Counted from the stretch's first letter, positions 21,801 through 32,391 are shown. The stretch is 64,000 nt of DNA from Oligoflexia bacterium (GCA_963758495.1 CAVWVI010000003.1:32001-96000), one strand, 5' to 3'. The notes: generated by a model not told the origin, from the sequence alone. Translations and numbers: made by a program.

Positions 21801-22684
21801 GTGCTCTGAATACGTTTTTGCCATAATCGAGCTCCTATAAAGCAGATCCACGCAATACCTACTCCAAAAAAGGCATTCACTTTAGCCAAGATTAGAGCAT
21901 CCAATAAACTAATTCCTGACAACATTCGCCCTACAGCAGCCATAGGGTAAATTTTCTTCTGAATCAGTTGAAGTCCAGTTTGAAGTAACCATGAAAGGGC
22001 AATTAAAAATGCTATAATAAGAACAAAATGAGTTTCATGAACTAACTCATGGGTGAGCATCATAGGCAAAAAGACCGTACCTACCGCTACGATAAAAAAA
22101 AGCGGATGAATCCAACTCAGAGAATCCTTGAGCTCATAACGAGCTATAAAAGATACAGCCGAAATATAGAGCATCAGAACTCCAGCCATAATCCAGATCC
22201 ACTCAAAGGGAGCCTTCCAACCTCCTGCAACAGCTGCAATCAGATAAATACTGCCACGACAGCCTCCCATTAATATCGGTGAATAAAGAAAGCGTACATG
22301 AACCCAGTTATAGAGAAGAATGAGACCGGTAAGACTCAAGGCAAGAAAAGTTGCTTTTGGACAAAATAAAATGATGATTAAAATTCCAATAACGAAAAGC
22401 CCAATCGTCATGAGAATGGCTTCCTTTTTTGAAACCCTACCGGATGGAATGGGACGATGAGGCCTTTCTAAACAATCTATTGAATAATCACAAATATCAT
22501 TTAAAAACATTCCTGCTTCATACAAACAAACAATGGCTAATACAGTTATGAGCCAAGTGCCTAAAGATTGGACGAGACTTCCCCCTCCTAGTAAAAACCC
22601 TGCTGTCACGTTACTCACCGTGGTAGGAATATTAGATACCCGCCCTAACTCTAAAATAGCTCTCCATTTATCTCGACTCATCAT
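21797..22684 (-). CDS. eboC: UbiA-family prenyltransferase
   Basis: RVSNIPT, GMFLND..D..ID..ERP.RPIPSG, MGGCRG. Confidence 0.85.
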   Translation of the reverse strand: MMSRDKWRAILELGRVSNIPTTVSNVTAGFLLGGGSLVQSLGTWLITVLAIVCLYEAGMFLNDICDYSIDCLERPHRPIPSGRVSKKEAILMTIGLFVIGILIIILFCPKATFLALSLTGLILLYNWVHVRFLYSPILMGGCRGSIYLIAAVAGGWKAPFEWIWIMAGVLMLYISAVSFIARYELKDSLSWIHPLFFIVAVGTVFLPMMLTHELVHETHFVLIIAFLIALSWLLQTGLQLIQKKIYPMAAVGRMLSGISLLDALILAKVNAFFGVGIAWICFIGARLWQKRIQST

Positions 22685-23903
22685 GGCTTTCTTGAATCAC
22701 TTGATTCAACCAGTTCATTTCCTCAGCAATCCAATCTGAAATTTCCCCTTTTTTTTCATTTTGCGGGAGGGTAGGCCAGGTATAGGTTTCCACTTCCCAA
22801 TGAGAGGTAATCTTACGATGTTTTGCTAACTCAATGAGCTCTTGAATATGGTTTTGAGTAGTCGAAAGAGTATTAAATTTTTTTAAGAAAATAGGAATAT
22901 GATAATGAATTCGATACTCATTTAATAAATTCTTTTGATACTTCCACTTTAAAAGGGCCTCTGAAAGATCTGTAAAAGCTTCTAACTGGTTATCTAAGCC
23001 CATTCCTACAACCTGATGAAGATAACGATCAGAAGATAATTGATTCAAAAGACTCAAAGAAGAAGATTTCTCTCTACCATGTAGTTTATTAGGATAATAA
23101 ACTAGAGCTGAACTAATTTGAACCTTACCCACTTTAATCCCTACCGCTTCATAATTATTTAAAATATCTTGAGGTTTTTCAAAAACTACAGCTGCATGAC
23201 AAGTATCGTAACAAACTCTAATCTTATTTAACAAATGTGTTTCAGCTTCTGATTGACTTAAATTCATCTCCTTTTTAAGTCGATACACGCCTAAAGGAAG
23301 TAAAAAATCTTTAAAAAATAGGACTACGTCTTCGCTTTTTTCTAAGTAACAAAAAGGTTCTGGTTCAAGAGCCAGGTGAACTCGAATATTTTTTTCTTGT
23401 TCTAATCTAATTGATGCTTTTACAAAATCGACTAAATGCGAAGCAGATCTTTTAATTTGATCGTGAGTCAGGCGATCTTCTCTATAACCTATTGGGACTG
23501 TAGATATACTGATTTCAGGTAAATCAAATGCCAAATTTTGAATCAGTTCCAACAAATCCAAAGTGTAATGAAGTCGAGATGGCTCAGACCAATTCGGAAT
23601 ATAAACCTCTGCCTTAACTTGAGTTTGATGAAAATCTGAATAAGGAAAGGCATTCCAAGAAAATACTTGAATTTGTGTCTCCTCACAAACATTCTTCAAT
23701 TTTTCTAAATGACTTCTTTGCTTAAACCCTTGGACGGTTTTTGCAGAAAGCCACAATCCAATTTCAAAATGAATGGATGAGTCGATTTTTTCTTTTACCT
23801 TCAAGCAATCTGTCTTTATGATGCGAATAATGTCTTCTGGAGAAGTACCCGGATGGACATTAGTACAATATCCAAGGATTGCATTTTCACCTAAAATTCT
23901 CAT
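22668..23903 (-). CDS. eboE: xylose-isomerase-like TIM-barrel protein
   Basis: YCTNVHP, LEPEP, CYDTCH, GKVQISSA, RYLHQ, RIHYHIP, EVETYTW. Confidence 0.9.
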   Translation of the reverse strand: MRILGENAILGYCTNVHPGTSPEDIIRIIKTDCLKVKEKIDSSIHFEIGLWLSAKTVQGFKQRSHLEKLKNVCEETQIQVFSWNAFPYSDFHQTQVKAEVYIPNWSEPSRLHYTLDLLELIQNLAFDLPEISISTVPIGYREDRLTHDQIKRSASHLVDFVKASIRLEQEKNIRVHLALEPEPFCYLEKSEDVVLFFKDFLLPLGVYRLKKEMNLSQSEAETHLLNKIRVCYDTCHAAVVFEKPQDILNNYEAVGIKVGKVQISSALVYYPNKLHGREKSSSLSLLNQLSSDRYLHQVVGMGLDNQLEAFTDLSEALLKWKYQKNLLNEYRIHYHIPIFLKKFNTLSTTQNHIQELIELAKHRKITSHWEVETYTWPTLPQNEKKGEISDWIAEEMNWLNQVIQESHDESR

Positions 23904-24715
23904 AACCTCTCATCTATAAGTATCAGCTTCCCTGATTGGGACATAAACTTCGCTGGATTATGAACTGTTACTTTTTGAATCAAGTGAGAATCATGTTTTC
24001 GTAGCCGCATCTCCAATTGAAGTTTTGGGATAGCCAGGGGATCACTTGGACCCCAATCTCCTCCCGAGTTCACCATGAGTCGCTCACCTTGAAACCGCTC
24101 TATGACATCAACAGCTCGAGGAATACTTATTTTAGAAAAAGGATAGAGCGTCATACCCGCCCAATATCCTTGACTTAATACATCTGAAGCAGTGTGTTCT
24201 TCAATATGATCAATCAGCACTCGATTTGGATCGAGTTCCGATCTGTTTTTAAGTATATTCAAAATAATATGAGTTCCTTTAAGTTTATCTTCTAAATGGG
24301 GAGTGTGGACCATAATGATCTGTTTATAACGAATTGCTAAATCAACTTGCTCTTCAAATATTTGAATTTCATTCCGAGTTACTCTATTCAGGCCTATTTC
24401 TCCAATTCCTAAAACATTAGGAAGCTTTAGAAAATCAGGAATCAGGGCCATCACTTCACGAGATAAGCCTATATTTTCTGATTCCTTAGGATTCATGCAA
24501 ATCCAAGTAAAATGTTGAATCCCATATTGAACCGCTCTCTTAGGTTCAAACTCTGTCAATTGTTTAAAATAATCGCAAAATGCTTGAGGCGAGCCTCGAT
24601 CAAAGCCAGCCCAAAATGCGGGCTCTCCAACAGCGACACACCCCGCTATAGCCATCTTTTCATAATCATCTGTAGTACGTGAAACCATGTGAATATGGGG
24701 ATCGATAAATGTCAT
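23900..24715 (-). CDS. eboB: TatD-family hydrolase
   Basis: DPHIHMVSRTTDDY, EPAFW, GEIG, HTPH, DH, DWGPSDPL. Confidence 0.9.
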   Translation of the reverse strand: MTFIDPHIHMVSRTTDDYEKMAIAGCVAVGEPAFWAGFDRGSPQAFCDYFKQLTEFEPKRAVQYGIQHFTWICMNPKESENIGLSREVMALIPDFLKLPNVLGIGEIGLNRVTRNEIQIFEEQVDLAIRYKQIIMVHTPHLEDKLKGTHIILNILKNRSELDPNRVLIDHIEEHTASDVLSQGYWAGMTLYPFSKISIPRAVDVIERFQGERLMVNSGGDWGPSDPLAIPKLQLEMRLRKHDSHLIQKVTVHNPAKFMSQSGKLILIDERL

Positions 24716-24724
24716 TTCAATCTC

Positions 24725-25045
24725 CTAGCAACATTCCATTTTTTTTATTACAGATGCGCCCAGAGCACTTTTATGCTCGCCTACACTCTCTTTAGGATCT
24801 ACCGTGAGGTCACTCAGTATCCTCTGAACTTCCTCGACTCGATTACTTTTAAAACTTAAAAGGACTCCAATAGCCTCCCTCAAAGCAACTAATCGAAAAT
24901 CTTCCTCTACTAATTCTGGATTCTTGGATCTCTCAATTCGGTCCAAATACGCGGCAAGATCAATCAGTCGTGATCTATTTTCAATAAAATAACGCTGTAG
25001 AGTTTGCTCAGAAGTCATCGGGCAATTATTTTGAGTGGATTCCAT
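24725..25045 (-). CDS. small helical hypothetical protein heading the ebo operon
   Basis: 106 aa, GAGG RBS, 9-bp gap to eboB. Confidence 0.75.
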   Translation of the reverse strand: MESTQNNCPMTSEQTLQRYFIENRSRLIDLAAYLDRIERSKNPELVEEDFRLVALREAIGVLLSFKSNRVEEVQRILSDLTVDPKESVGEHKSALGASVIKKMECC

Positions 25046-25140
25046 GAAAAGTACTTCCTCTCAGTAAAGGATTGAATGAATTGGAATCATAATGTGATAG
25101 ATTTAGACTTTCAAATATAATTTCAGGAATACCATAAAAA

Positions 25141-25241
25141 GTAAGCACTGCAAGGAGTCCTATTGCGCCGGGAATCTAAATCTTTATGGCGCAGCAGGAC
25201 TCCTTGCAGTGCTTGTCAACAGCCCTAAAAGAACTACTTAC
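25141..25241. repeat. long (101-bp) copy of GTAAG...CTTAC palindromic repeat
   Basis: AAGCACTGCAAGGAGTCCT...AGGACTCCTTGCAGTGCTT hairpin plus GTCAACAGCCCTAAAAGAACTACTTAC tail; reverse complement matches 60415-60517. Confidence 0.9.
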
Positions 25242-25264
25242 CATTAAAAGCGGTGATTACTTTC

Positions 25265-26254
25265 CTATTTGAATGCATTACATCCATAATTCGTTAAAGT
25301 TACCGTCACTATCGCAAGTGTATTCTCTTGTGTCAGAGGCAGCCCCCCAGACACGTCTTGCAGATAAAACGTAGACCCATCACCCACCCACTTCCCTGTA
25401 GTCAAAGATCCGTCTCCTGTAGCTCCAGCCACGAGTAAATCCCCATTCGGAGCATTGATGTGAACCTCCACCGCAGTAGTGCCTGATGAAGTCCAATTCA
25501 ATGTAGTGCTACCCGCTCCGGAACCATCACAAACAAGTGCGGGATTGGGGGTCGCTGCGATCTTTCCGGTTCGAGTACTTTGGACTGGCTTAAAAATCGC
25601 TGTATACGTTTTATGATTAACACTTGTCGTAATATCATGAGTCTGAGTCGCGCCATCTGCCCATGAGCTAAACTCATAAGAAACTCCATTCAAAGTTTGC
25701 GGAGAAGCTACGCCCAAACTTCGAACAAAACCCACCACCCCTTGCGCACAATTGGGTGTACTCACCGTCTGTCCATCTAAAGTAACAGTTAGCCCTGAAG
25801 GACTCGTATTGAAGGTCAAAAGAGACGTATTAGGATAGATATCACGAACGACTTGAGTCTTCAGCCCCGAAGAACTCGTCACGGTCAATGTAATCTCGTA
25901 CCAAGTATTATTCGAAGACTCACCCTGAGTAGGAATAGTAAAAAAACCAGCTGTTTTACCACTTGTTGGGGTAATAAAGGGAAGAACTTGAGTATTATAG
26001 TGAAAATCTACCTGCCAAGTGTAGGCAGAAGGAAGTAGCCCGACTCCCGTAGAATCAGTGGCCGTAGCACCATAATAAACGACATCTCCAGCATTATAGT
26101 GCGTGTTCACAGCTGGATAATCTATAGTGGCCACCGGAGGTGCGTCATTCGCAAAACCCTTTAATGGAAGTGCAATCGATAGCCAGACAAATACTGAAGC
26201 AATAAACTCATATTTCCGAGTATATTTAAATGAGTTAACTTTTGATCTTAGCAT
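25265..26254 (-). CDS. secreted Ig/PKD-like beta-sandwich protein
   Basis: Signal peptide, NDAPPVATI..P, YTWQVDFH, YEITLTVT, FSSWADG. Confidence 0.7.
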   Translation of the reverse strand: MLRSKVNSFKYTRKYEFIASVFVWLSIALPLKGFANDAPPVATIDYPAVNTHYNAGDVVYYGATATDSTGVGLLPSAYTWQVDFHYNTQVLPFITPTSGKTAGFFTIPTQGESSNNTWYEITLTVTSSSGLKTQVVRDIYPNTSLLTFNTSPSGLTVTLDGQTVSTPNCAQGVVGFVRSLGVASPQTLNGVSYEFSSWADGATQTHDITTSVNHKTYTAIFKPVQSTRTGKIAATPNPALVCDGSGAGSTTLNWTSSGTTAVEVHINAPNGDLLVAGATGDGSLTTGKWVGDGSTFYLQDVSGGLPLTQENTLAIVTVTLTNYGCNAFK

Positions 26255-26417
26255 TTTTTTCTCCTAACTATTTATATAAATATCTTATTGTACGATAAAA
26301 TATTTAGTTAAGTAATATTTTAATTATTAATAACCGATGAAATCAATGCGAAAAAAATCTAATATAGTTTTAACTAGTCAATAAACATTTATTTTAAATC
26401 ATGAGATAGTCGCTCGT

Positions 26418-27437
26418 ATGTTACTAAAAAAATATTTATTTTCGGTATCTATTTTATTTGCATATAGCTTTTTCTTATTCTACTCATACTCCACTCAGGC
26501 AAGTTCACTGAATCCCAATATCCCCACTCTTTCTGGAACATTTATTCAATATCAATCTTGGATGTTACAGTTAGACCCAAACAAATGGACCCATGAGCTA
26601 GATTCTATGAAAAACATTGGAATCCATACTATTATCATTCAATGGCTTAAATCTGACCAAACACGTTTTTACCCTATTCATGCTCTTGGAAATGATCCCA
26701 CAGAAATTATCTTAAGTTATGCAGACAAAAATAACATTAAGGTCATTCTAGGCTTAGAATACAGTAGAGATTGGTGGACAAAATGGGATGACGAGTCCTT
26801 TCTTAGCGCTATAGTAAAAAAGAACATCCAATTTGGAAAAAATATCTTATTAAGGTACCAACACCACCCTTCATTTTCCGGATGGTATATTCCATACGAG
26901 ATGAGTGACGCAGATTTTGATGAAACCGAGATCAAAAACCTGCATACCTTTCTGAAAGACTTCTCTAGTGGGGTAAAAAAACTCTCTAAAAAAAAATATT
27001 CTATTTCACTTTCTACCTTTTTCTCAAACAAAATACCTCCCGCAGCAGTTCAAGAAAACTATATGAAAATTTTATATAAAAGTGGAATTGACATTCTCTT
27101 AGTTCAAGATGGCGTAGGTACAAATAGTTGGAATTCTCAAATAGCAGATAAAGTTACTCCCTATATCGCTGCTTATCGCACTGCAGCTATAAATAATAAA
27201 ATCCACGTCTGGAACATAGTCGAAAGCTTTACTACACTCAAAGATGCATCAGGAAATAATACAGGACGCGCTCCGACAGACATCAATCGCTTGAAAGAAC
27301 AACTAAAAGTTTTATCTTCTACTGTACCTGAAAAAATTCTAACTTTTGACTTTTTTCATTACATGAGCCCACATCGAGGCGAAGCTCAAAAACAACTGTA
27401 TGATCATTACATTCAAGAGCTTAAAAGCACTCGTTGA
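26418..27437 (+). CDS. DUF4434 (YbcH-like) glycoside-hydrolase-like protein
   Basis: GTFIQ, IIIQW, HPSFSGWYIPYE, QDGVG, VESF; signal peptide. Confidence 0.78.
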   Translation: MLLKKYLFSVSILFAYSFFLFYSYSTQASSLNPNIPTLSGTFIQYQSWMLQLDPNKWTHELDSMKNIGIHTIIIQWLKSDQTRFYPIHALGNDPTEIILSYADKNNIKVILGLEYSRDWWTKWDDESFLSAIVKKNIQFGKNILLRYQHHPSFSGWYIPYEMSDADFDETEIKNLHTFLKDFSSGVKKLSKKKYSISLSTFFSNKIPPAAVQENYMKILYKSGIDILLVQDGVGTNSWNSQIADKVTPYIAAYRTAAINNKIHVWNIVESFTTLKDASGNNTGRAPTDINRLKEQLKVLSSTVPEKILTFDFFHYMSPHRGEAQKQLYDHYIQELKSTR

Positions 27438-27480
27438 TCAGAGATCATTCCAATAAATGACATCATTATTCATGATAAAC

Positions 27481-28677
27481 TCATAATGAAATATCTACCT
27501 CTTTATAAGGAGTGATTCGTGGTGGTGATTTCAAAGGAATAGCTTTTGAAATCGCCTCAGGGTTTCTTTGAAGATGAGATAAAATCTCATTGACAACCCG
27601 CTCGCTTGCAAAGCCATCTCCAAAAGGAGTCTTTATAAACCCTTCTTTAGACCTCTCCATCTGTAGCGCATAATTCAAGGCTATCTTAAGTCGATTTGGA
27701 TCTGTCCCCACCAATATCCCTCGGCACTGAAGCACTTCTGGACGCTCCGTCTCGTCTCGGGTGATCAAAACAGGCAAATCAAAGCTAGGAGCTTCCTCTT
27801 GAATCCCCCCTGAATCAGATACAACAACGGATGCGCGATCTAATAACGTAACAAAATCAGGATAATTGAGGGCGGGTACCAAATGCACCCCATCTAATTG
27901 CCCAAGGGCACTCTGAGCACTCTCATTTGCACTGGGATTAGGATGGGCAACATGAATCAGGATTGTGTCGTGTCTTTTCTGAACTTCTTCACCTAACGCT
28001 CTTAAAATCTTTATTAAAGGCTCACCTAGGTTTTCTCGGCGATGCCCAGTCGACAGGATTAATTTTTTACCATAAGGAATGATTGGGACTTCTTCAGGCC
28101 AATACCCAGTCTTTTTAATTTTTTCTCGAGCCCATAAAAGAGCGTCGATACCTGTGTTTCCAGTAGGAGCAGAGACGTGAGAATGCCCTTCTTTTAAGAG
28201 TATACTTCGAGATAACTCTGTAGGAGGAAATCTCCAAGTTGAAATCAAATCAATAACACGGCGATTCATTTCTTCTGGAAATGGAGAATTGATATCTCCA
28301 CTTCTCAACCCGGCCTCTACATGGGCAATTGGAATCTTCAGATGAAACGCTGCTAATGCTCCTGCCAAAGCGGTAGTCGTATCTCCCTGGACAACAACGA
28401 CAGACGGTCTTTTTTGAACAAGTTCTGCCTCCAATTTATTAAGAAGCTTAGAAAAGAGCTCATTTGAACTCTGACCTGCCTTTAAGAGCTTCCACTTTAC
28501 ATCACATTTCAAATCAAAAAATTCAGCTGGTCCGTTGGCCAAAGATAAATGTTGCCCTGTCATCCAAAACTCCACAGGTGCATTTTTTTGTATAAATTTA
28601 TGATAAACACGAGCCAACTTAATCACCTCAGGCCTAGTACCTGCTATGATCACTACTGGATTTGAAATAGCATCCAT
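27481..28677 (-). CDS. wecB: non-hydrolysing UDP-GlcNAc 2-epimerase
   Basis: GTRPE, TGQH, VQGDTTT, HVEAGLRS, PFPEE, HRREN, DSGGIQEEA. Confidence 0.95.
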   Translation of the reverse strand: MDAISNPVVIIAGTRPEVIKLARVYHKFIQKNAPVEFWMTGQHLSLANGPAEFFDLKCDVKWKLLKAGQSSNELFSKLLNKLEAELVQKRPSVVVVQGDTTTALAGALAAFHLKIPIAHVEAGLRSGDINSPFPEEMNRRVIDLISTWRFPPTELSRSILLKEGHSHVSAPTGNTGIDALLWAREKIKKTGYWPEEVPIIPYGKKLILSTGHRRENLGEPLIKILRALGEEVQKRHDTILIHVAHPNPSANESAQSALGQLDGVHLVPALNYPDFVTLLDRASVVVSDSGGIQEEAPSFDLPVLITRDETERPEVLQCRGILVGTDPNRLKIALNYALQMERSKEGFIKTPFGDGFASERVVNEILSHLQRNPEAISKAIPLKSPPRITPYKEVDISL

Positions 28678-28746
28678 AAATCATCCTCTCACAGTATCAA
28701 TCTGAATTAATTTGAAAGCTCTCAAATACCTTGTTAGATATTATCT

Positions 28747-29544
28747 ATGAAATATTTTATGTCGATTAATATTTTTTTAATAATTTTTAGTGGAGCAATT
28801 TCAAATTGCTTCGCTGAAAGTCTAGACATACAAAATCAATCTCACTGGACGAACTTAAATGAAATATACTTTGAAAACTCACGCCTCACCAGAGCAGATA
28901 CCTATGCTGCATTCGGTCAGGTCCGATCTGGTGGGCATTGGGTCCCAGGCCAAATTGAAGCATACGCAATAACTCGAATGGGTGCAGATAGTAGAACCAT
29001 TCTCGATTCCTCAAATAATATTTATAATGATAACTATGTTTTTGCCGGCGTAGGTATAGATTACTTAGGACTTCTCCAAGGAGTACGCTTAGGTTTACAA
29101 ATAGGGGGATCATTTGATTTAAGCTCAAAAATTCAGGAGGGCGGTTTTGACTACCGCATAGGAACTCAGAGCTATCATGAAATTGAGTGGGTAAAGCGAA
29201 ACTTGTTGAGCGAAATATATTCAGAAGCGCTCTATTACCGACGTTATAATAACCTATTAAGCTCAGTCCAGTTTCGAACGATATATAATTTATTTCAATG
29301 GAATGAAGTAGGACATCGAATTGAACTGGGACCTATGATTAATTTAGTAGGCTCGACTGATCTTGATGGCCTTGATTATAATCGTTTTATAGAGTTAAGA
29401 ATGGGACCTCGACTCACTTTTCGTGGTCCTATCACTTTATCGTTATCACCTTTTTATACATTTGGAAGTCGCTGGGAAAGACCAACAACGTTACCCACTT
29501 ACCAAGACTTTAGGGTCCTGTTAACTGGATTTATTTCACTCTAG
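28747..29544 (+). CDS. putative outer-membrane beta-barrel (candidate NfrA-like pore)
   Basis: Signal peptide, amphipathic strands; NfrA likeness is from context only. Confidence 0.5.
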   Translation: MKYFMSINIFLIIFSGAISNCFAESLDIQNQSHWTNLNEIYFENSRLTRADTYAAFGQVRSGGHWVPGQIEAYAITRMGADSRTILDSSNNIYNDNYVFAGVGIDYLGLLQGVRLGLQIGGSFDLSSKIQEGGFDYRIGTQSYHEIEWVKRNLLSEIYSEALYYRRYNNLLSSVQFRTIYNLFQWNEVGHRIELGPMINLVGSTDLDGLDYNRFIELRMGPRLTFRGPITLSLSPFYTFGSRWERPTTLPTYQDFRVLLTGFISL

Positions 29545-29553
29545 TTCACAATT

Positions 29554-29589
29554 GTAAGTAGTTCCTTTAGGACTCCTTACAGTGCTTAC
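29554..29589. repeat. 36-bp copy of GTAAG...CTTAC repeat
   Basis: GTAAGTAGTTCCTTTAGGACTCCTTACAGTGCTTAC; abuts the stop codon of the GT2 gene. Confidence 0.9.
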
Positions 29590-31029
29590 TCACAACTCGA
29601 ATTCTTCTTCCAATCCCATATCTCTAGCAACACCAAATCCTTCTGGAAGTTCATGCTCGGTTTTAATCCATTTGGGAACTGTCCCTAAAATCTTACTTTC
29701 TAGGTATTGTTTTGTAGCATGATAGGTCGCCAGAAAATTGATTATATTTGCTAAAGGCCATCTAATAGGAGCAAGAATAGCAAGCTTCCAACCATAAAGA
29801 AGCTGCACACACCAGACGCGTTGGAGCATTCTATTGATCATAAAAAAAATATTAATCTGTAAAAGCCAGAGAACAGGCCCCTTTCCAAAAAGCTCTTGCT
29901 GAAATCCAGGGTACCATCGCTCCCGAAAAACAGAATAAAAAAAGATAAAAAAAGCAAAAAGTACAAGTACATTACAAACAGGACCCTTTCTATCGCGAAA
30001 CAGAAAGTATTTATGTAACCCATCTCCCTTCCAACCTAGATGCTCTGTTCCTTGAAATGCTATTCCTAAAGTCCACCTAGACTTCTGCCGTATTGAAGCA
30101 CGAATAGATTTTGGAAAATACTCTCGAGTGGCAATAAAATCTTTCTGATTTCCTTCAAGTTTTAGGTAATAACAACTCAACTTTGATGAAACACCGTAAG
30201 CATGTGTGGATAGTCCCAATTCGTAATCTTCTGTCAAACTCTTTGTATTCATAAAATCTCCTGCTTGCTGCTTCAGACAAGCAAGAACAAATTTTCTAGA
30301 TAGGGCGGTTCCCACCCCTGCCGATGGAATTGCCGCTCCTAATCGATTTCGTACTAATACGGACTTAGTATGAGCTTCTGAGAATTCATCTATATAAATA
30401 CCAGCAACCAAGGAAAATGGAGATACCGGTAATGAAAATATTGGAACTTGAATAAAATCATAACGGTCTAGATCTTTATTTACTAATTTAAATTCTTCCT
30501 TGTGGATCAAATCTTCACTATCATGAACGATAAATGCATCATAGTTCACGCCAGTTTCCCTAGAAGATCGCAAAATACATCTAACAAGAACGTTCAACAT
30601 CTGTCCTTTACAGGTTGGACCTTCCATTGAATTCACTATAACGTGAACCTGAGAATTTTGAGAGGCTAACTCCCTGGCTTCTTGGAGCGTTGCAAGATCA
30701 TTAGGATAGACACCAATAAAGAATGAATAGTTTTGATAATTGATTGTGGCCAGATTACCACGAATCATATTTTTTAAGACTCCATGTTCTTTCCATGCGG
30801 CTACTAATACCGCAATTCGCTTCTCAGGTAGGCTTTGAATTGTCTTTTGCTCCTCCGAAGTGAGGACCGAAGGCTTCACTTTGAGTACATAGGCACAAAG
30901 ATCAATAATAAAATCATCTAAACCAAAAATAAAAAATAAAACTGCCATTGGAACTATGGCTTGAAAGGCAGCATGATCAAGAAATCTTATGATATGTGTG
31001 CTATCTCCATAAAATATGAAAGACTTCAT
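29590..31029 (-). CDS. nfrB: NfrB-like GT2 glycosyltransferase (short form)
   Basis: GLDD..ID, AWKE, GVYPND, GPTCK, HDSED, PSAGVG, SLTEDY, TREYFP, RQKSRW..GI..QG, RDRK, WIKTEH. Confidence 0.85.
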   Translation of the reverse strand: MKSFIFYGDSTHIIRFLDHAAFQAIVPMAVLFFIFGLDDFIIDLCAYVLKVKPSVLTSEEQKTIQSLPEKRIAVLVAAWKEHGVLKNMIRGNLATINYQNYSFFIGVYPNDLATLQEARELASQNSQVHVIVNSMEGPTCKGQMLNVLVRCILRSSRETGVNYDAFIVHDSEDLIHKEEFKLVNKDLDRYDFIQVPIFSLPVSPFSLVAGIYIDEFSEAHTKSVLVRNRLGAAIPSAGVGTALSRKFVLACLKQQAGDFMNTKSLTEDYELGLSTHAYGVSSKLSCYYLKLEGNQKDFIATREYFPKSIRASIRQKSRWTLGIAFQGTEHLGWKGDGLHKYFLFRDRKGPVCNVLVLFAFFIFFYSVFRERWYPGFQQELFGKGPVLWLLQINIFFMINRMLQRVWCVQLLYGWKLAILAPIRWPLANIINFLATYHATKQYLESKILGTVPKWIKTEHELPEGFGVARDMGLEEEFEL

Positions 31030-31191
31030 ATTATTCCACCCCAATTGACAAAATGAGCGCTGGTCTCAGACTCTGAAACCAAAAATCTTAATTTGCAAGA
31101 CTTTTTTGTAGCTGTTCAATCAGAATGGAATAAGTTAATTCTTGATAGGCATTGTCTTGATTCAATCTGATGATTGTGCGAAGTTAACCTC

Positions 31192-32289
31192 ATGAGGTCA
31201 TATTCTAAAAAGACTGCTATAATCGATCGCCACTGGCTTGAAGAAGCCATTCTAAAAATCGAAGCTGACTTTAACCGATCTGCAGATACGCACCTTTTTA
31301 AATTAAGTATTCCCACTTTCAAAGGAATTGAAATCTATCTAAAGGATGAATCTACTCACCCTACCGGCAGTTTGAAGCATCGACTTGCTCGATCACTTTT
31401 TCTTTACGGACTTTGTAATGGAAAAATCCAGGAAGGCACAACAATTATCGAGGCATCATCGGGAAGTACTGCTGTTTCAGAAGCTTACTTTGCAAAGCTC
31501 TTGGGCTTGCCTTTTATTGCCGTTATCCCTCGTTCTACGTCTGAAGAGAAAATCGCTCAAATCTTATTTTATGGAGGAAAGGTACATTTAGTAGACGCTC
31601 CAGCCACAGTTTACTCTGAGTCTGAACGCTTAGAAAAGGCGACAGGTGGATACTATATGGATCAGTTTACTTTCGCTGAACGTGCAACAGACTGGCGAGG
31701 AAATAATAATATCGCCGAGTCAATATTTACTCAATTACAATATGAAAAATATCCAACTCCTTCTTGGATTGTTTGTGGCGCAGGCACAGGAGGAACCTCG
31801 GCAACACTGGGGCGCTTTATTCGTTATCGCCGTCTAAATACTCAGATCTGCGTAGTCGATCCTGAAAATTCAGTTTTTTATGATTATTACTTATCAAAAG
31901 ATAAAGCGACAGCTTCTTCTGTCTCTTCTAGGATTGAGGGCATCGGAAGGCCTCGCGTAGAAGCTTCCTTTCTTCCAGAAGTAATTGATCGAATGATCAG
32001 AGTTCCAGACGCCGCATCATTAGCCGCAATGTATCATTTAGAATCTCTCATTGGAAAAAAATGTGGTGGTTCAACCGGAACTAATTTTTATGGAGTTCTT
32101 CAACTTGCTCACGAAATGATTCAAAACAATCTACAAGGTTCTATCATTTCTCTCATTTGCGATTCAGGAGACCGTTACACAAAAACTTACTACGATGAAA
32201 GCTGGATTGCGAAAAAAGGTTTAAATCTAAAGCCTTATTTTGAACAAATTAAAACTCTTTTAGCGACCGGCCAGTGGGACTCCGTGTAA
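31192..32289 (+). CDS. PLP-dependent cysteine synthase-like enzyme, probably Cds1-type L-cysteine desulfhydrase
   Basis: [47 protein letters not shown]. Confidence 0.85.
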   Translation: MRSYSKKTAIIDRHWLEEAILKIEADFNRSADTHLFKLSIPTFKGIEIYLKDESTHPTGSLKHRLARSLFLYGLCNGKIQEGTTIIEASSGSTAVSEAYFAKLLGLPFIAVIPRSTSEEKIAQILFYGGKVHLVDAPATVYSESERLEKATGGYYMDQFTFAERATDWRGNNNIAESIFTQLQYEKYPTPSWIVCGAGTGGTSATLGRFIRYRRLNTQICVVDPENSVFYDYYLSKDKATASSVSSRIEGIGRPRVEASFLPEVIDRMIRVPDAASLAAMYHLESLIGKKCGGSTGTNFYGVLQLAHEMIQNNLQGSIISLICDSGDRYTKTYYDESWIAKKGLNLKPYFEQIKTLLATGQWDSV

Positions 32290-32321
32290 GCACTGTAAAG
32301 AGGCCTAAAGGAACTGCTTAC
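32286..32321. repeat. 36-bp copy of GTAAG...CTTAC repeat
   Basis: GTAAGCACTGTAAAGAGGCCTAAAGGAACTGCTTAC; 33/36 identical to the reverse complement of 29554-29589; contains the TAA stop of the upstream gene. Confidence 0.9.
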
Positions 32322-32391
32322 GATTTTGCACTGAAATAAGGGACCACTATTCCCATCAGGTTGGAGTAAATCTTTTGTTCCTGCAGATCTG

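Noticed and set aside
29554..32321. 36-bp repeats as a CRISPR array
   Set aside because: Copies are kilobases apart, in both orientations, with no spacer periodicity and no cas genes
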